63,361 nucleotides of DNA, from the IMG/VR virus record IMGVR_UViG_3300047463_000230, positions 1 to 63,361 of that record; one strand, given 5' to 3'. Positions 1 to 9,211 of this stretch are shown here, one piece after another. The position numbers and the translations under genes were made by a program. This DNA comes from a virus. Taxonomy: Duplodnaviria; Caudoviricetes. The notes below the pieces were generated by a model. It saw only the letters and a program-made list of their open reading frames with translations, did not search any database and was not told where the DNA came from. The first letter of the stretch is position 1, and every line of letters starts with the position of its first letter.

Positions 1-806
1 CCATAGTTCCCCGAGAAGACCGATCCGCCACCAGCGTTTCCTTGGCCGCCTGTTCCTGATCCACCCGTTCCGGCATAACGACCGCCGCCTCCAGAGGCAG
101 CGGATGCGCCATTACCTGCGGATGATGTTCCGTCGGAGCCACGACCGCCGCCCCCGCCTCCGGGGGCAACCGAAAAAAATACAGAACCAGAGCCATTTCC
201 ACCAAGTCCGCCGCTTGGCCCAGTACTGCCAGTACCACCAGGCCCAACGGTGATTGTGTATTGAGTTCCGGGTGTCACAGACAAACCAGTGCCAGTTAAA
301 ACGCCTCCTGCACCGCCGCCTGCGCCTGGCCCATAAGTTCCAGAACCCCCGCCACCACCGCCTCCTGAAATGACCAGATAATCTGTCGCTGTCACCCCGG
401 ACGGGCATCGGTTTCCAGTCGGCCAATCTGCATTGGTCGAGTTGCTCGACGTGTATGTGGCGATCGTAGCAAGCTCATAGACAAGCTCGCCCTCGTAATA
501 GGTCGGTAAAATTCGGATTGGTGTTCCAGGATCAATCCGAGAAAAGTCCTGCCCAGTGATCTGAACCCATACGGCAAATGCCTCGTTCCTGTCAGCAAAC
601 GGGCGCTGCCAGAGAATTTCGCCCCCATCACGGGCCTTGATAACGACCTTCCAAGAGACGCCAGCCCCGATAAGCTGAGGCGTAACAAACAGAAGATCGC
701 GCTTCTTGCGCGCCACCCGAAAAGCCGTCGGGTTTGGGAGCGTCAGCGTAGGGGCGCCACACACAAGCCCGTGCGTGCGACCCTCAAATTTCGGTTCAAA
801 CAGCAT
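1..806 (-). CDS. Glycine-rich virion/fibre protein, N-terminal part (runs off window start)
   Basis: Manual translation from ATG at 806 (MLFEPKFEGR...DYLVISGGGGGG...GGGAGG...TITVGPGG) is open to position 1; absent from the ORF track because it has no stop. Confidence 0.75.
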   Translation of the reverse strand, partial: MLFEPKFEGRTHGLVCGAPTLTLPNPTAFRVARKKRDLLFVTPQLIGAGVSWKVVIKARDGGEILWQRPFADRNEAFAVWVQITGQDFSRIDPGTPIRILPTYYEGELVYELATIATYTSSNSTNADWPTGNRCPSGVTATDYLVISGGGGGGGSGTYGPGAGGGAGGVLTGTGLSVTPGTQYTITVGPGGTGSTGPSGGLGGNGSGSVFFSVAPGGGGGGRGSDGTSSAGNGASAASGGGGRYAGTGGSGTGGQGNAGGGSVFSGNY

Positions 807-809
807 CGG

Positions 810-2165
810 TTAAGTCCATGGGCCATTCCAGGAGTACGTCGCGACGCCGTTCACTTTACGAATGGACAAAATGTACCAAGTGCTATTCGCCGCTGTAAAC
901 GTGCCGCCGGCGCCGGAGCCCGCTGTCTTGAACCCGCTCAGGCTGATCGCGACACTGCTGCCGCTTGCGCCAAGGCTCACGATAATGTCGACCGCGCAAT
1001 CGTTGCTCGGCGCGGTAACCGTCCAGGTAAACGACCCGCTCAGCGACACATACTGATAGTTCCCGAGCGTCGGGTCGACCGTGGTCGACTGCACGGAAGT
1101 GAATGTGCCGATATTGTTGTAGGTGAATGTGAACCCTTTCGTCAGGTTCGCGGTATTGCCAGTCGTAAGCACGGTCGACGACGCGCTCGGGAACGTCATC
1201 GTGGTGCTGTCAGTACCGGCGAGCGTGATGCTGTTGTTCGCCGTCAGTGTCTTGCCGTCGGCGATGGTCAACGTCGATCCCGTAGCCGGCGCGGTCAGCG
1301 CAACCTTGTTGACGCTGGTCGCAGTTGCAACGCCGAGGGTCGGCGTCGTTAGCGTCGGGGACGTCGCCAGAACCATATTACCGGTGCCGGTGACGGCGTT
1401 CGATAGCGTCACGCCGCCGTAGGTCAGTGCGGCGCTGATAGTAGTGGCGCGCGTCAGTGTGATCACACCCGTCGAAGTCCCGCCTAACGTGATCGTACCG
1501 CTGCCCTTGGCGTCGACCGTCAGATTTTCGTTGGCGCCAGAAGATGTGACCGCAATCGCGGCGCCGCCAGCAGCGGCAGCCGACTTGACGCTAATACCCG
1601 TCGCACTTGATGCCGTGGACGCGTCGATGGTCAACGACGGATTAGTTGTGCCGTTTGCGCCGACAACCAGTGCATTGGCCGACGTTGACGTAATCGTATG
1701 ATTCGCACTCGCCAACGTGCCGGTGAACGTCGGACCGGCGGACAGCACCATATTGCCGGTGCCCGTTACAGCATTGGACAGTGTCACGCCGCCATAAGTC
1801 AGTGCGGATGACAAAGTCAGTGGGCCGGACATTGTGTCGCCGGTCTTGTTCAGGATCGATGATGCTATTGCTGTAAAGGCAACTTGCGCTTGACCGCTCA
1901 GATTAATCGCAGCGTTGCCATTAGTTGATGTCACAACAGTACGGGACAGTGTTGCCCCGGATGCCGTGTAGGTGCCGGTGCCTGTCTCACTATTGCCGCC
2001 GGCTGCGTCAATAATGGAATAGAAAACAACCGTGGTGCCAGTGTTGAACGGCGCACCATAGGTGGCAGGGGTCATGAATGGTGACACCGCCGCACCGACT
2101 GTTATGGTGCCAGTGCCAGTCGTTGCTGTCTGAAACCGGACGAGATCAGCAAGTGTCGTCGCCAT
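810..2165 (-). CDS. Thr/Gly/Ala-rich fibre-like structural protein with internal 21-aa repeat
   Basis: N-terminus LADLVRFQTATTGTGTITVG...ETGTGTYT typical of phage fibre proteins; ALTYGGVTLSNAVTGTGNMVL occurs twice. Confidence 0.7.
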   Translation of the reverse strand: MATTLADLVRFQTATTGTGTITVGAAVSPFMTPATYGAPFNTGTTVVFYSIIDAAGGNSETGTGTYTASGATLSRTVVTSTNGNAAINLSGQAQVAFTAIASSILNKTGDTMSGPLTLSSALTYGGVTLSNAVTGTGNMVLSAGPTFTGTLASANHTITSTSANALVVGANGTTNPSLTIDASTASSATGISVKSAAAAGGAAIAVTSSGANENLTVDAKGSGTITLGGTSTGVITLTRATTISAALTYGGVTLSNAVTGTGNMVLATSPTLTTPTLGVATATSVNKVALTAPATGSTLTIADGKTLTANNSITLAGTDSTTMTFPSASSTVLTTGNTANLTKGFTFTYNNIGTFTSVQSTTVDPTLGNYQYVSLSGSFTWTVTAPSNDCAVDIIVSLGASGSSVAISLSGFKTAGSGAGGTFTAANSTWYILSIRKVNGVATYSWNGPWT

Positions 2166-2187
2166 TGTCCTATCCTTGCCACAAGAA

Positions 2188-2221
2188 CGTTAGCTGCTGG
2201 CCGCGTGGTCAGCAGCTAGCG
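2188..2221. other. Intergenic 15-bp hairpin
   Basis: cgttagctgctggcc-gcgt-ggtcagcagctagcg. Confidence 0.4.
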
Positions 2222-2228
2222 CTGTTGG

Positions 2229-3350
2229 TCAAATTGTGGCGCCAGTGGTCCGCAAGTCAGCGGTGCCTTTGTAGACCGTCGTGCCGGCGTTAAGGGTCAG
2301 GCGCAGCCACCCGCCCTGCGCAACGGATGCGCTGTTGCCATTGGGCAGCGACCCAGGCGAGGCAATGACCGAGATGGGCGAGGGCTGCACCACGAAAGTA
2401 AGCGCGGAGCTGTCACCATTGGTCGGCAGCGTCTGACGGTTGGCACTGGTCGCGGTGTCATTCAAGACCTTGGTCAGCGCAAGGTCCAGCGCAGCACCCG
2501 CTGGCAGCGTGGCGGACTCCGACAGCACCTGCATCGCGGCCGTGATAAGGGCCGTCGACGCGTTGGTGTTGACCCAGAAAATCTTTTCATAATAAGTCTT
2601 GGTCGACCCGCCAGGCACGTCGGCCTGTGCCGTTGCGAACACGCGAGTGATGGCTTTGACCGCATTGGGCGAAATGTCGAACAACATGCCAAAGGCAATG
2701 TCGTAAGTCGACGTAGCGTCGGGGATGGTGCCCCAGTCGCGGTTGATGGCAACCACGTCGGTGCCATAAGCGCCGGACGAATAGGGCGCCGCAATCATGC
2801 GGAGCTGACCGGACCCGGTGCCGCCGGTGATGCGGATAATGAGACCCAGGCCGCTGTAGACCAGCGCGCCAATGGTGGCACCGTCACCCGACTGCATCTT
2901 GAACAGGGGCGGGGTGGTGCCGGTCGTATTGGCCGAACCTACCTGGGCGGTATGGCCGCTGATTTCGCGCGTGGTCGCCATGACCGCGATGTCACCAACG
3001 GCCGTGGTGCCGCCGGGGTTGGTCAGGGAACCGATGGCGCCGCCGGTGATGACACCAGACAAAAGGCGCTCGAATGACTGACCGCCAAACGTCGCCGACA
3101 GGACGGTGGTGCCAGTGACGGTGACCGCCGCCGGGGTCACAACAACGCCGGTGCTGTCGCGGCCGGACACCTGCACCTTAACGGCGGTGTCGGACGCAGA
3201 CGACGACACCACGTCGAAGGTGCCGGGGGTCGGAATGTCATAGAAGCTGACACGCTTGGTAAAGTCGACAGCGCCGCCGACGGTGACGCCATCGGCCTCG
3301 GGCATATTGGCCGACCCGTAGATGATGACTTGGTTGGGAGTGACCGACAT
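2229..3350 (-). CDS. Beta-rich virion structural protein (fibre/collar-associated)
   Basis: 373-aa ORF, T/G/V-rich, inside morphogenesis operon. Confidence 0.6.
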   Translation of the reverse strand: MSVTPNQVIIYGSANMPEADGVTVGGAVDFTKRVSFYDIPTPGTFDVVSSSASDTAVKVQVSGRDSTGVVVTPAAVTVTGTTVLSATFGGQSFERLLSGVITGGAIGSLTNPGGTTAVGDIAVMATTREISGHTAQVGSANTTGTTPPLFKMQSGDGATIGALVYSGLGLIIRITGGTGSGQLRMIAAPYSSGAYGTDVVAINRDWGTIPDATSTYDIAFGMLFDISPNAVKAITRVFATAQADVPGGSTKTYYEKIFWVNTNASTALITAAMQVLSESATLPAGAALDLALTKVLNDTATSANRQTLPTNGDSSALTFVVQPSPISVIASPGSLPNGNSASVAQGGWLRLTLNAGTTVYKGTADLRTTGATI

Positions 3351-3368
3351 TGTTCAGGTTCCTTTTGC

Positions 3369-3830
3369 TCAATCGATCCAGGAGGTGAAGTTGTCAACAT
3401 ACAAGCCGGTGTCGACGAAAGACGGGCGACCCGGCTCGCCCTTCTTGCCCTTAAAGCGATGGCTGACGCCCTTAAGCGACGCCTTCGTCGGCACGCCCGG
3501 ATACCCGAGGCGGTCCATTTCTTTGTTGGTTATGAAGTCATCGAAAAGGCCCTTGACCTTTTTCGTGCCCTCGCCAAACGGGTCAATGGTCGGCGGCGCC
3601 CCCGCCATAATGCTTTCCAACGTGCCTGCCACCGACTGCGCCAACTGGTCTGCGATCAGCTGCTGCTTTTCCTGGAAAAAGACTTCCATCACGTGGTACT
3701 TGTCTTCCAGTATGCTGGCAACGTCGCCCGTGGTCATACCCGACGGCGCCTTGGCCTTGCGTCGGCGCTTGCCGGGCGTCGGCGCCTCATTTTCATAGGG
3801 CATTTCGATAACGCCCAGATGCAGGATCAT
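3369..3830 (-). CDS. Neck/tail-completion protein
   Basis: C-terminal RPSFVDTGLY resembles the (R/K)PLIDTG motif of tail-completion proteins; position after adaptor. Confidence 0.55.
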   Translation of the reverse strand: MILHLGVIEMPYENEAPTPGKRRRKAKAPSGMTTGDVASILEDKYHVMEVFFQEKQQLIADQLAQSVAGTLESIMAGAPPTIDPFGEGTKKVKGLFDDFITNKEMDRLGYPGVPTKASLKGVSHRFKGKKGEPGRPSFVDTGLYVDNFTSWID

Positions 3831-4222
3831 CCGACCAGAATCCCAGCGTTGGACAGCGTGCCGGTCGAGCCGGAAGTATTTTGAATGGAGACTACGAATG
3901 ACAAAAATGGAGTGAAGTCGGACAACTTGACCGTCGTCGGAGTCGCCGCCGTCATCCCACTATTGTTTGTGTCAATCAGGATTGTGCCTGCCGCATCAAG
4001 GTAGCGACTGACAATGAGATCACCACTCTGGCTGAGTGTGGCGCAGGCAACGATCGAGTCTGCATTACCAGCCAAGATCACGCCACTTGACCACGTTGTA
4101 TTACCAGCGATGGTCGCTGGAAACGGAGTCGGGGGCGTAATGATATAGTTGCCGTTGGCCACGTAAACGGGGATTGCCGCAGCAGCATTCTGCTGCAAGT
4201 TCGGATAAGGATAGTTGCTCAT
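3827..4222 (-). CDS. Hypothetical structural protein
   Basis: Start trimmed to ATG 4222 (MSNYPYPNLQ), overlapping upstream stop. Confidence 0.5.
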   Translation of the reverse strand: MSNYPYPNLQQNAAAAIPVYVANGNYIITPPTPFPATIAGNTTWSSGVILAGNADSIVACATLSQSGDLIVSRYLDAAGTILIDTNNSGMTAATPTTVKLSDFTPFLSFVVSIQNTSGSTGTLSNAGILVG

Positions 4223-4668
4223 GATATTCCCCACAGTGTCCCGTACCGTTGTGCGAACGCAAGATACTGGCGGCCCCAAGGGTCCTTCAGGTACTGCAAG
4301 TCGGCCAGCGTAAAGTCCTCCGCCGCCTTCTGCACCACCATCGACTCGCTAGTGCCCTCGTCGCCCGCCGAGCTGATAACGCCCGACACAAAACCAAAGA
4401 TATTGTATTTGGTCCGCACGTCGGCGAAAAATGTCTGGCCGGTCGGGTCTTGCGCAAAGTTGATCAGATTGCTGCCGCCAAGATTGTAGACAGCCAGCAT
4501 GTAGATCGGCCCTGCCGCTTGCGCCAGGGCGCTATTGACGATTGACACCGCAACGTCATAGGCGAACGGGATAGAAGGCGAGTTGTCCGGCAGTTGGGTG
4601 GTCGTAATGCCCATCTGCGTCCTGACAAACACCAGGAACCCGGCCAGCGTTGGGGTGTAGGTGGTCAT
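4219..4668 (-). CDS. Head-tail adaptor (DUF4054-like)
   Basis: GVISSAGDEGTS...PWGRQYL motif; start trimmed to 4668. Confidence 0.6.
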   Translation of the reverse strand: MTTYTPTLAGFLVFVRTQMGITTTQLPDNSPSIPFAYDVAVSIVNSALAQAAGPIYMLAVYNLGGSNLINFAQDPTGQTFFADVRTKYNIFGFVSGVISSAGDEGTSESMVVQKAAEDFTLADLQYLKDPWGRQYLAFAQRYGTLWGIS

Positions 4669-4859
4669 ACCACTTCGGCCTTCCGCTTGAAGGCCACCAT
4701 CACAGTGGCCTCGCCATAGCAGCCCGCAGCGTTGCGGCTGTAGTACTTGCCCGCGAAGTGCAGGATGTCCGGCCACGGCAACAGACCAGTGATCTGTACC
4801 GTGGCGTGGCGCTTCCCATCCTTCCCAAACAAGTCAACGTCGCGGGGTTCGCCGGCCAT
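4665..4859 (-). CDS. Small hypothetical protein
   Basis: Short ORF tightly coupled to neighbours. Confidence 0.4.
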   Translation of the reverse strand: MAGEPRDVDLFGKDGKRHATVQITGLLPWPDILHFAGKYYSRNAAGCYGEATVMVAFKRKAEVV

Positions 4860-4861
4860 GG

Positions 4862-5374
4862 TCAAGCCGCCCGGCGGTTGTTGCGGTTGCCCCGGCGCGG
4901 GGGTTCGGACGGTGCCTCATTGCGCGTGACCCGCAAGCCTTCGTTGAAAGTCGGGTCGCTGCCGTCCTTGGTTTCTTCAACCACCGACATTTCAAGGGCA
5001 GCCGGACCGGCGCCGCGTTCGACCAGCGATGACTCCGTAGCGACGGCCGCTTCCTTGCGCAGCTCCTTGCCGCGCTCGACCATCACATCGTAGTTGTGCG
5101 CAATGGCCGACTTGATCTTGGCGACCGGTACCGGCTTGTCGACCGAGTAGCACAGGCCAACGAACGGCTTGGTCCGGTCGACCTCGTCAACCGACACCAG
5201 CCCATAGGTGGCGTGCTGGCGCACGATGGCGTCGATGTCGGGGGTCGACAGGTCACCTGAAATCTGGACCTGCGACCCGATGTCGATGCGCTGCGAGCGC
5301 GGACCGGGGGTCTCGGGCAGCCGGTAAATGAAGTCCTGAACTTGCTGGGTGCAATTGGCGATGTACATTTTCAT
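4862..5374 (-). CDS. Head-associated hypothetical protein
   Basis: 170-aa ORF with GGAG RBS directly after the capsid gene. Confidence 0.55.
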   Translation of the reverse strand: MKMYIANCTQQVQDFIYRLPETPGPRSQRIDIGSQVQISGDLSTPDIDAIVRQHATYGLVSVDEVDRTKPFVGLCYSVDKPVPVAKIKSAIAHNYDVMVERGKELRKEAAVATESSLVERGAGPAALEMSVVEETKDGSDPTFNEGLRVTRNEAPSEPPRRGNRNNRRAA

Positions 5375-5405
5375 AACGGTATCCTCCAGGATTTCGAGAG
5401 ATACA

Positions 5406-5435
5406 GTACCCCGTCGTCAACTGACGACGGGGTAC
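5406..5435 (-). terminator. 14-bp perfect inverted repeat after the major capsid gene (attenuator/stabiliser)
   Basis: gtaccccgtcgtca-ac-tgacgacggggtac; no clear U tract. Confidence 0.5.
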
Positions 5436-5443
5436 CGCAGACC

Positions 5444-6466
5444 TTACTGATACTGCATCGACATGACAGTGACAGCCTCGGGACGGATGCCCCAACCCGA
5501 GGTAATACGCCACTCGGACACAACGTCGATCGCGCCGCCCGGCAGCGGGGTCGGGATTTCGCGCGGCGCCGCCATGTCGCAGTACATGAGCGAACAGGCT
5601 TCGATGCCAGGGGCAAGGCGCGCGAACTCGTTGGTGTTGATGGCCCCGCCCTGCGGTTTCTTGACCTCGGGCATCAGCAGGATTACCGCGTCAGTGCCGT
5701 TGGCACCCTTGCCGATCAGGGTGTCGTCGTAAGCCCAAATGATCTCGTCGTCATTGAATTCGGCAACGTCCTTGAACAGACCGGCAGTGCTGGTGGTGCC
5801 GCCACCGGCACGCTGGAACTGGGTCAACTGCACGATGTTCTGGTACTCGAACGCGCCGAGGACGCGCTGCGGACCCAGGATCGTGAACTTGTGCCCAATG
5901 CCAAGCTGGTTGGTGCGGGTCTTGAGGGCGGACAGCTGGGTGAGCAGGAACACGCCCATCTGGCCGTTGTCGTAGGTGACGACAGTGGTGTTGCCGTTAC
6001 TATCAGGCGGCAGGTTGACTGCCGTGGCGCCCTGAGTGTTGACCAGACCTTCGCCGTTGGCGGGGTTGAAGCCATACAGCAGCGCCGAGCGGGCGAGCTG
6101 GAAATGGCCCTGACGCATACCAAGCCGCTGCGCCTCGACGATCGGCACGCCCCAGCGGCCCATCGCCGCCGTGTCGTGGTGGTCGTACTCAGCGCGGACA
6201 CGCAGCAGGTAGGACGGCGTGCTGATCATCGACAGGGCGGTCGACACCGACGGCAACAGGTTGTAGGCGGACTGGCCGCTGGCAACCTTGGTGCGGAGGT
6301 CGACGCGCTTGATGTAGGCGTACAGGTCGCCGTCGGCCAGACGCGGCAGGGGCTGACCGTTGGCCAACAGGTCGAACGCGCCGGACGCCTGCACATACGG
6401 CAGGAGCAGGCCGGGCTCGAAGTAGGCCGGATTGACCGTCAGAAACGACGGGGCGAGATTGGGCAT
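5444..6466 (-). CDS. Major capsid protein (DUF2184-like)
   Basis: 340 aa, follows protease/scaffold and decoration genes; C-terminal GWGIRPEA; strong RBS. Confidence 0.75.
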   Translation of the reverse strand: MPNLAPSFLTVNPAYFEPGLLLPYVQASGAFDLLANGQPLPRLADGDLYAYIKRVDLRTKVASGQSAYNLLPSVSTALSMISTPSYLLRVRAEYDHHDTAAMGRWGVPIVEAQRLGMRQGHFQLARSALLYGFNPANGEGLVNTQGATAVNLPPDSNGNTTVVTYDNGQMGVFLLTQLSALKTRTNQLGIGHKFTILGPQRVLGAFEYQNIVQLTQFQRAGGGTTSTAGLFKDVAEFNDDEIIWAYDDTLIGKGANGTDAVILLMPEVKKPQGGAINTNEFARLAPGIEACSLMYCDMAAPREIPTPLPGGAIDVVSEWRITSGWGIRPEAVTVMSMQYQ

Positions 6467-6479
6467 TTGTTTGGACTCC

Positions 6480-7361
6480 TCAGATCAGGATGATGGCGGT
6501 GGTGCCACTGCGATTCCACGTCGCAAAGCCCGTCGCCGCGTTGTAGCTGACAGTCATGGAATTGCCGACCTGGATGTCGAGCACCTTGACCGCCAGGGCG
6601 CCCGTGCCGACATTGGCAACGATGGTGCCGCCGATGGTGCCGATGACACCCGCCGCAGCCGGCATGGCCAGCGTGAAGTGGGTGGTGTCGGTATAGGTGT
6701 CGATGACGAACGGACCATTGACGGCAGCAGCGCCGCCCGTGCCGGTGTTGGTGGCACCGCTGATATAGACGGTGTCGCCCAGGCCAAACGGCACGGCGGC
6801 GCCAGCAACCACAGTGCCGCGACCGCCGTTGGTGTTGGCCCAGGTAATGGACGTGATCGAGATCGTCGCGCCAGACGCCACGTAGGGCTGCAACATCTGG
6901 TCGTTGAAGTCCCAGCTCACGTTCTGGTTGATGAGACCGCCTTCCAGCGACGCCAGCGACGGGTCACAGGCGACGGCGATACGGGCACCCGACCCCAGGC
7001 GGTAGAAGTTGACGCCCATGCCAGTGGCCGCCAGCGGCACCGGGGACTGCGGCGAGTTGACCATGGAATAATCCTGGTCGAACACGGCGAAGCCGGTCAG
7101 GTTGGTCAGGGCCGAGGCGCGGGCAACGCTGTTGCCCAAGGTGCCACCAGCGACCAACGGCACCGTCGTAATCAGCTCCTGGACCGCGACGCCACCCCAC
7201 ATGGGCAGGGTTTCAGTCGACGCCAAGACGCCACCCGCAAGGTTGTTGCGGGTGTTGGGCGCGTCCAGGGCGGTGCCCTGGATGTAGCCCGACGTGTCGA
7301 TGCCGAACGAGCCGGCGGCGACGGTCGTCAGGACCGGATTGACAGAGAATTGAGCAGACAT
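6480..7361 (-). CDS. Head decoration/cement protein with FCCH-like insertion
   Basis: Lies between scaffold and MCP; inserted ITSITW...GDTVYISG...NGPFVI...HFTL domain. Confidence 0.6.
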   Translation of the reverse strand: MSAQFSVNPVLTTVAAGSFGIDTSGYIQGTALDAPNTRNNLAGGVLASTETLPMWGGVAVQELITTVPLVAGGTLGNSVARASALTNLTGFAVFDQDYSMVNSPQSPVPLAATGMGVNFYRLGSGARIAVACDPSLASLEGGLINQNVSWDFNDQMLQPYVASGATISITSITWANTNGGRGTVVAGAAVPFGLGDTVYISGATNTGTGGAAAVNGPFVIDTYTDTTHFTLAMPAAAGVIGTIGGTIVANVGTGALAVKVLDIQVGNSMTVSYNAATGFATWNRSGTTAIILI

Positions 7362-7363
7362 TG

Positions 7364-9211
7364 TTAGCGGTTCCCATTGTTACGGATGCCGGCGAGCCGG
7401 CGACGATTGGAGGCGTTGGAGAAGTTGGACATCCACGCGCGGGGCTCACCGACAAAGCTGATCATACGGCGGCCCGTCAGGTCCGTCGAAACGATCTCAC
7501 GCAGCGACCCCTCCGGCAAGCCGGCCGGGTTCATGGCCGCCGCAGTGGCGTCGGCATAAATCTGCGTCTCCGCGATGGTGAACGCAGCGTCGTCGGCCAA
7601 TGCGGACAGCTCGACCGGCTTCCACGTCGCACTGTGCTGCTTGAGGCCGGTCGCCAGACGACGACGGTAGGCCAGCAGCGTTTCGCCGTTCAGCGGGCGC
7701 GGGGCGCTGTCACCAAAGGCCGAAAACACCTTGTCGGCCTTGGCCTGGGCGTCGGCCATGGCGGCGTAGTCTGCGTCCGAAATCTGCTTCGGCAGCATCG
7801 CCTCGACTTGGTCGATGCGCCGGGCAACGTCGTCGTAACGCTTGGCGGCGTCGGCCTTGGCCTTCTCCTCGTCGTCATCGTCATCATCATCGTGACGGCG
7901 CTTGGCATCCTTGCGAGCCTTGCTGTCATCATCATCGTCATCATCATCGTGACGGCGCTTGGCCTTGTCAGCAATGACGCGCTTGGCCTCGATGTTTTCG
8001 GGATTTTCCTCGTCATCGTCATCATCGTCGTGACGGCGCTTGGCCTTGTCAGCAATCTTTTCCTCCGCCTCAAACGCATCCATGCGCTTGTGCAGCGAGT
8101 CCAGGTGCGCGAGCACCTTGTCCAGCTTGTCGCCACCCTCGGCAGCGTCGGCCTTCTTGGTCTCCTCGACCACTTCTTTGATGTCGTCAGGCACTGTTAC
8201 GTCTCCTTGAATAGTATCCGAGACAACCCCGGATGGTTTTTGGCCCTTGTCCCAGACGCCCTGTTCGCAGATGGCCAAGTGGTCGAGCAGGGAAGGCTTG
8301 CCCTCAATCAGCAGCTTGGACCCGTCTTCCAGTTCCATGCGGCTGTTTACGCTAGGTTCTCTAAACACGACGGATGGTGACGTAGACATTTGCGTCTCCG
8401 TCATCATCTTGATCGCGGCGTCGTCGTAAATCTTGGCGATGCCCCAAACTTCATCACCCTTGATATAAGGCAACACAATGGTTCCAACGATGCGGTCGGC
8501 AAATTCCGTGGAATTGAGCACCGCCGCATCGGGGTGCTCCATAATGACGGGCAGGCCATTGCAGCGCTCAAGGAAGTCAGGCATCAGGTAATTTTCAGGA
8601 CGCCTGTATACAAACTCGTCAAACCGCTTGCGGTACGCCGTGCCCGTGCCCGTAATGCGCATGTCAAACAAAGACATGTTTTCATAGCGCTGCGGCGACG
8701 GCAGGTCGCCCGCCATGATCATCTTGGCAACTTCGGTCTCATTGGCCATCAGTCGCCGCAGCGTGACCGCAACGCCGGGGTGCAGCGGGTCCGGCGCCTT
8801 GTCGACCGGCGTCCAGGCATAGGCGGTATGTTCGCCGTCCAGCGTCGGCACAAACTCGGCATCAACGCGCGTGACATAGGTTGTGAAGTCAACGGTCACG
8901 GGCGCCGCCGCACCGGCTGGAGGTCCGCCAACAGCGGCGCCCGTGGTCGACGCCGTCGCGGGGGCGGCCGGCGCGACTTCGTTGGAGCGGATGGTGCGCG
9001 TCAACAGTGTCAACGTGCCTTCCGCTTCAAATCCTGTTTCCTCGCGCGCCTCGCGGATCGCGGCTTGCTCGGGGCTTTCGCCGTCCTCCAGTTTGCCACC
9101 GGGCACGCACCAATAGCCGGCATAGTCGCCGGGCTGGGCGCGTTGCAGGAACAGAGCCTTGTTGTCAGGCGCCAGGATAAGGAGGCCGGCTGCGCGGGTC
9201 ATGTCAGTCAC
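7364..9211 (-). CDS. Nudix hydrolase fused to DUF2213-like prohead protease/scaffold
   Basis: Perfect Nudix box [23 protein letters not shown]; [13 protein letters not shown] and DHLAICEQG motifs; acidic C-terminal scaffold. Confidence 0.75.
   Translation of the reverse strand: MTDMTRAAGLLILAPDNKALFLQRAQPGDYAGYWCVPGGKLEDGESPEQAAIREAREETGFEAEGTLTLLTRTIRSNEVAPAAPATASTTGAAVGGPPAGAAAPVTVDFTTYVTRVDAEFVPTLDGEHTAYAWTPVDKAPDPLHPGVAVTLRRLMANETEVAKMIMAGDLPSPQRYENMSLFDMRITGTGTAYRKRFDEFVYRRPENYLMPDFLERCNGLPVIMEHPDAAVLNSTEFADRIVGTIVLPYIKGDEVWGIAKIYDDAAIKMMTETQMSTSPSVVFREPSVNSRMELEDGSKLLIEGKPSLLDHLAICEQGVWDKGQKPSGVVSDTIQGDVTVPDDIKEVVEETKKADAAEGGDKLDKVLAHLDSLHKRMDAFEAEEKIADKAKRRHDDDDDDEENPENIEAKRVIADKAKRRHDDDDDDDDSKARKDAKRRHDDDDDDDEEKAKADAAKRYDDVARRIDQVEAMLPKQISDADYAAMADAQAKADKVFSAFGDSAPRPLNGETLLAYRRRLATGLKQHSATWKPVELSALADDAAFTIAETQIYADATAAAMNPAGLPEGSLREIVSTDLTGRRMISFVGEPRAWMSNFSNASNRRRLAGIRNNGNR
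7868..8056 (-). repeat. Three tandem AKRRH(D)n coding repeats
   Basis: tcatcatc(a/g)tcgtgacggcgcttggc repeated three times. Confidence 0.85.
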
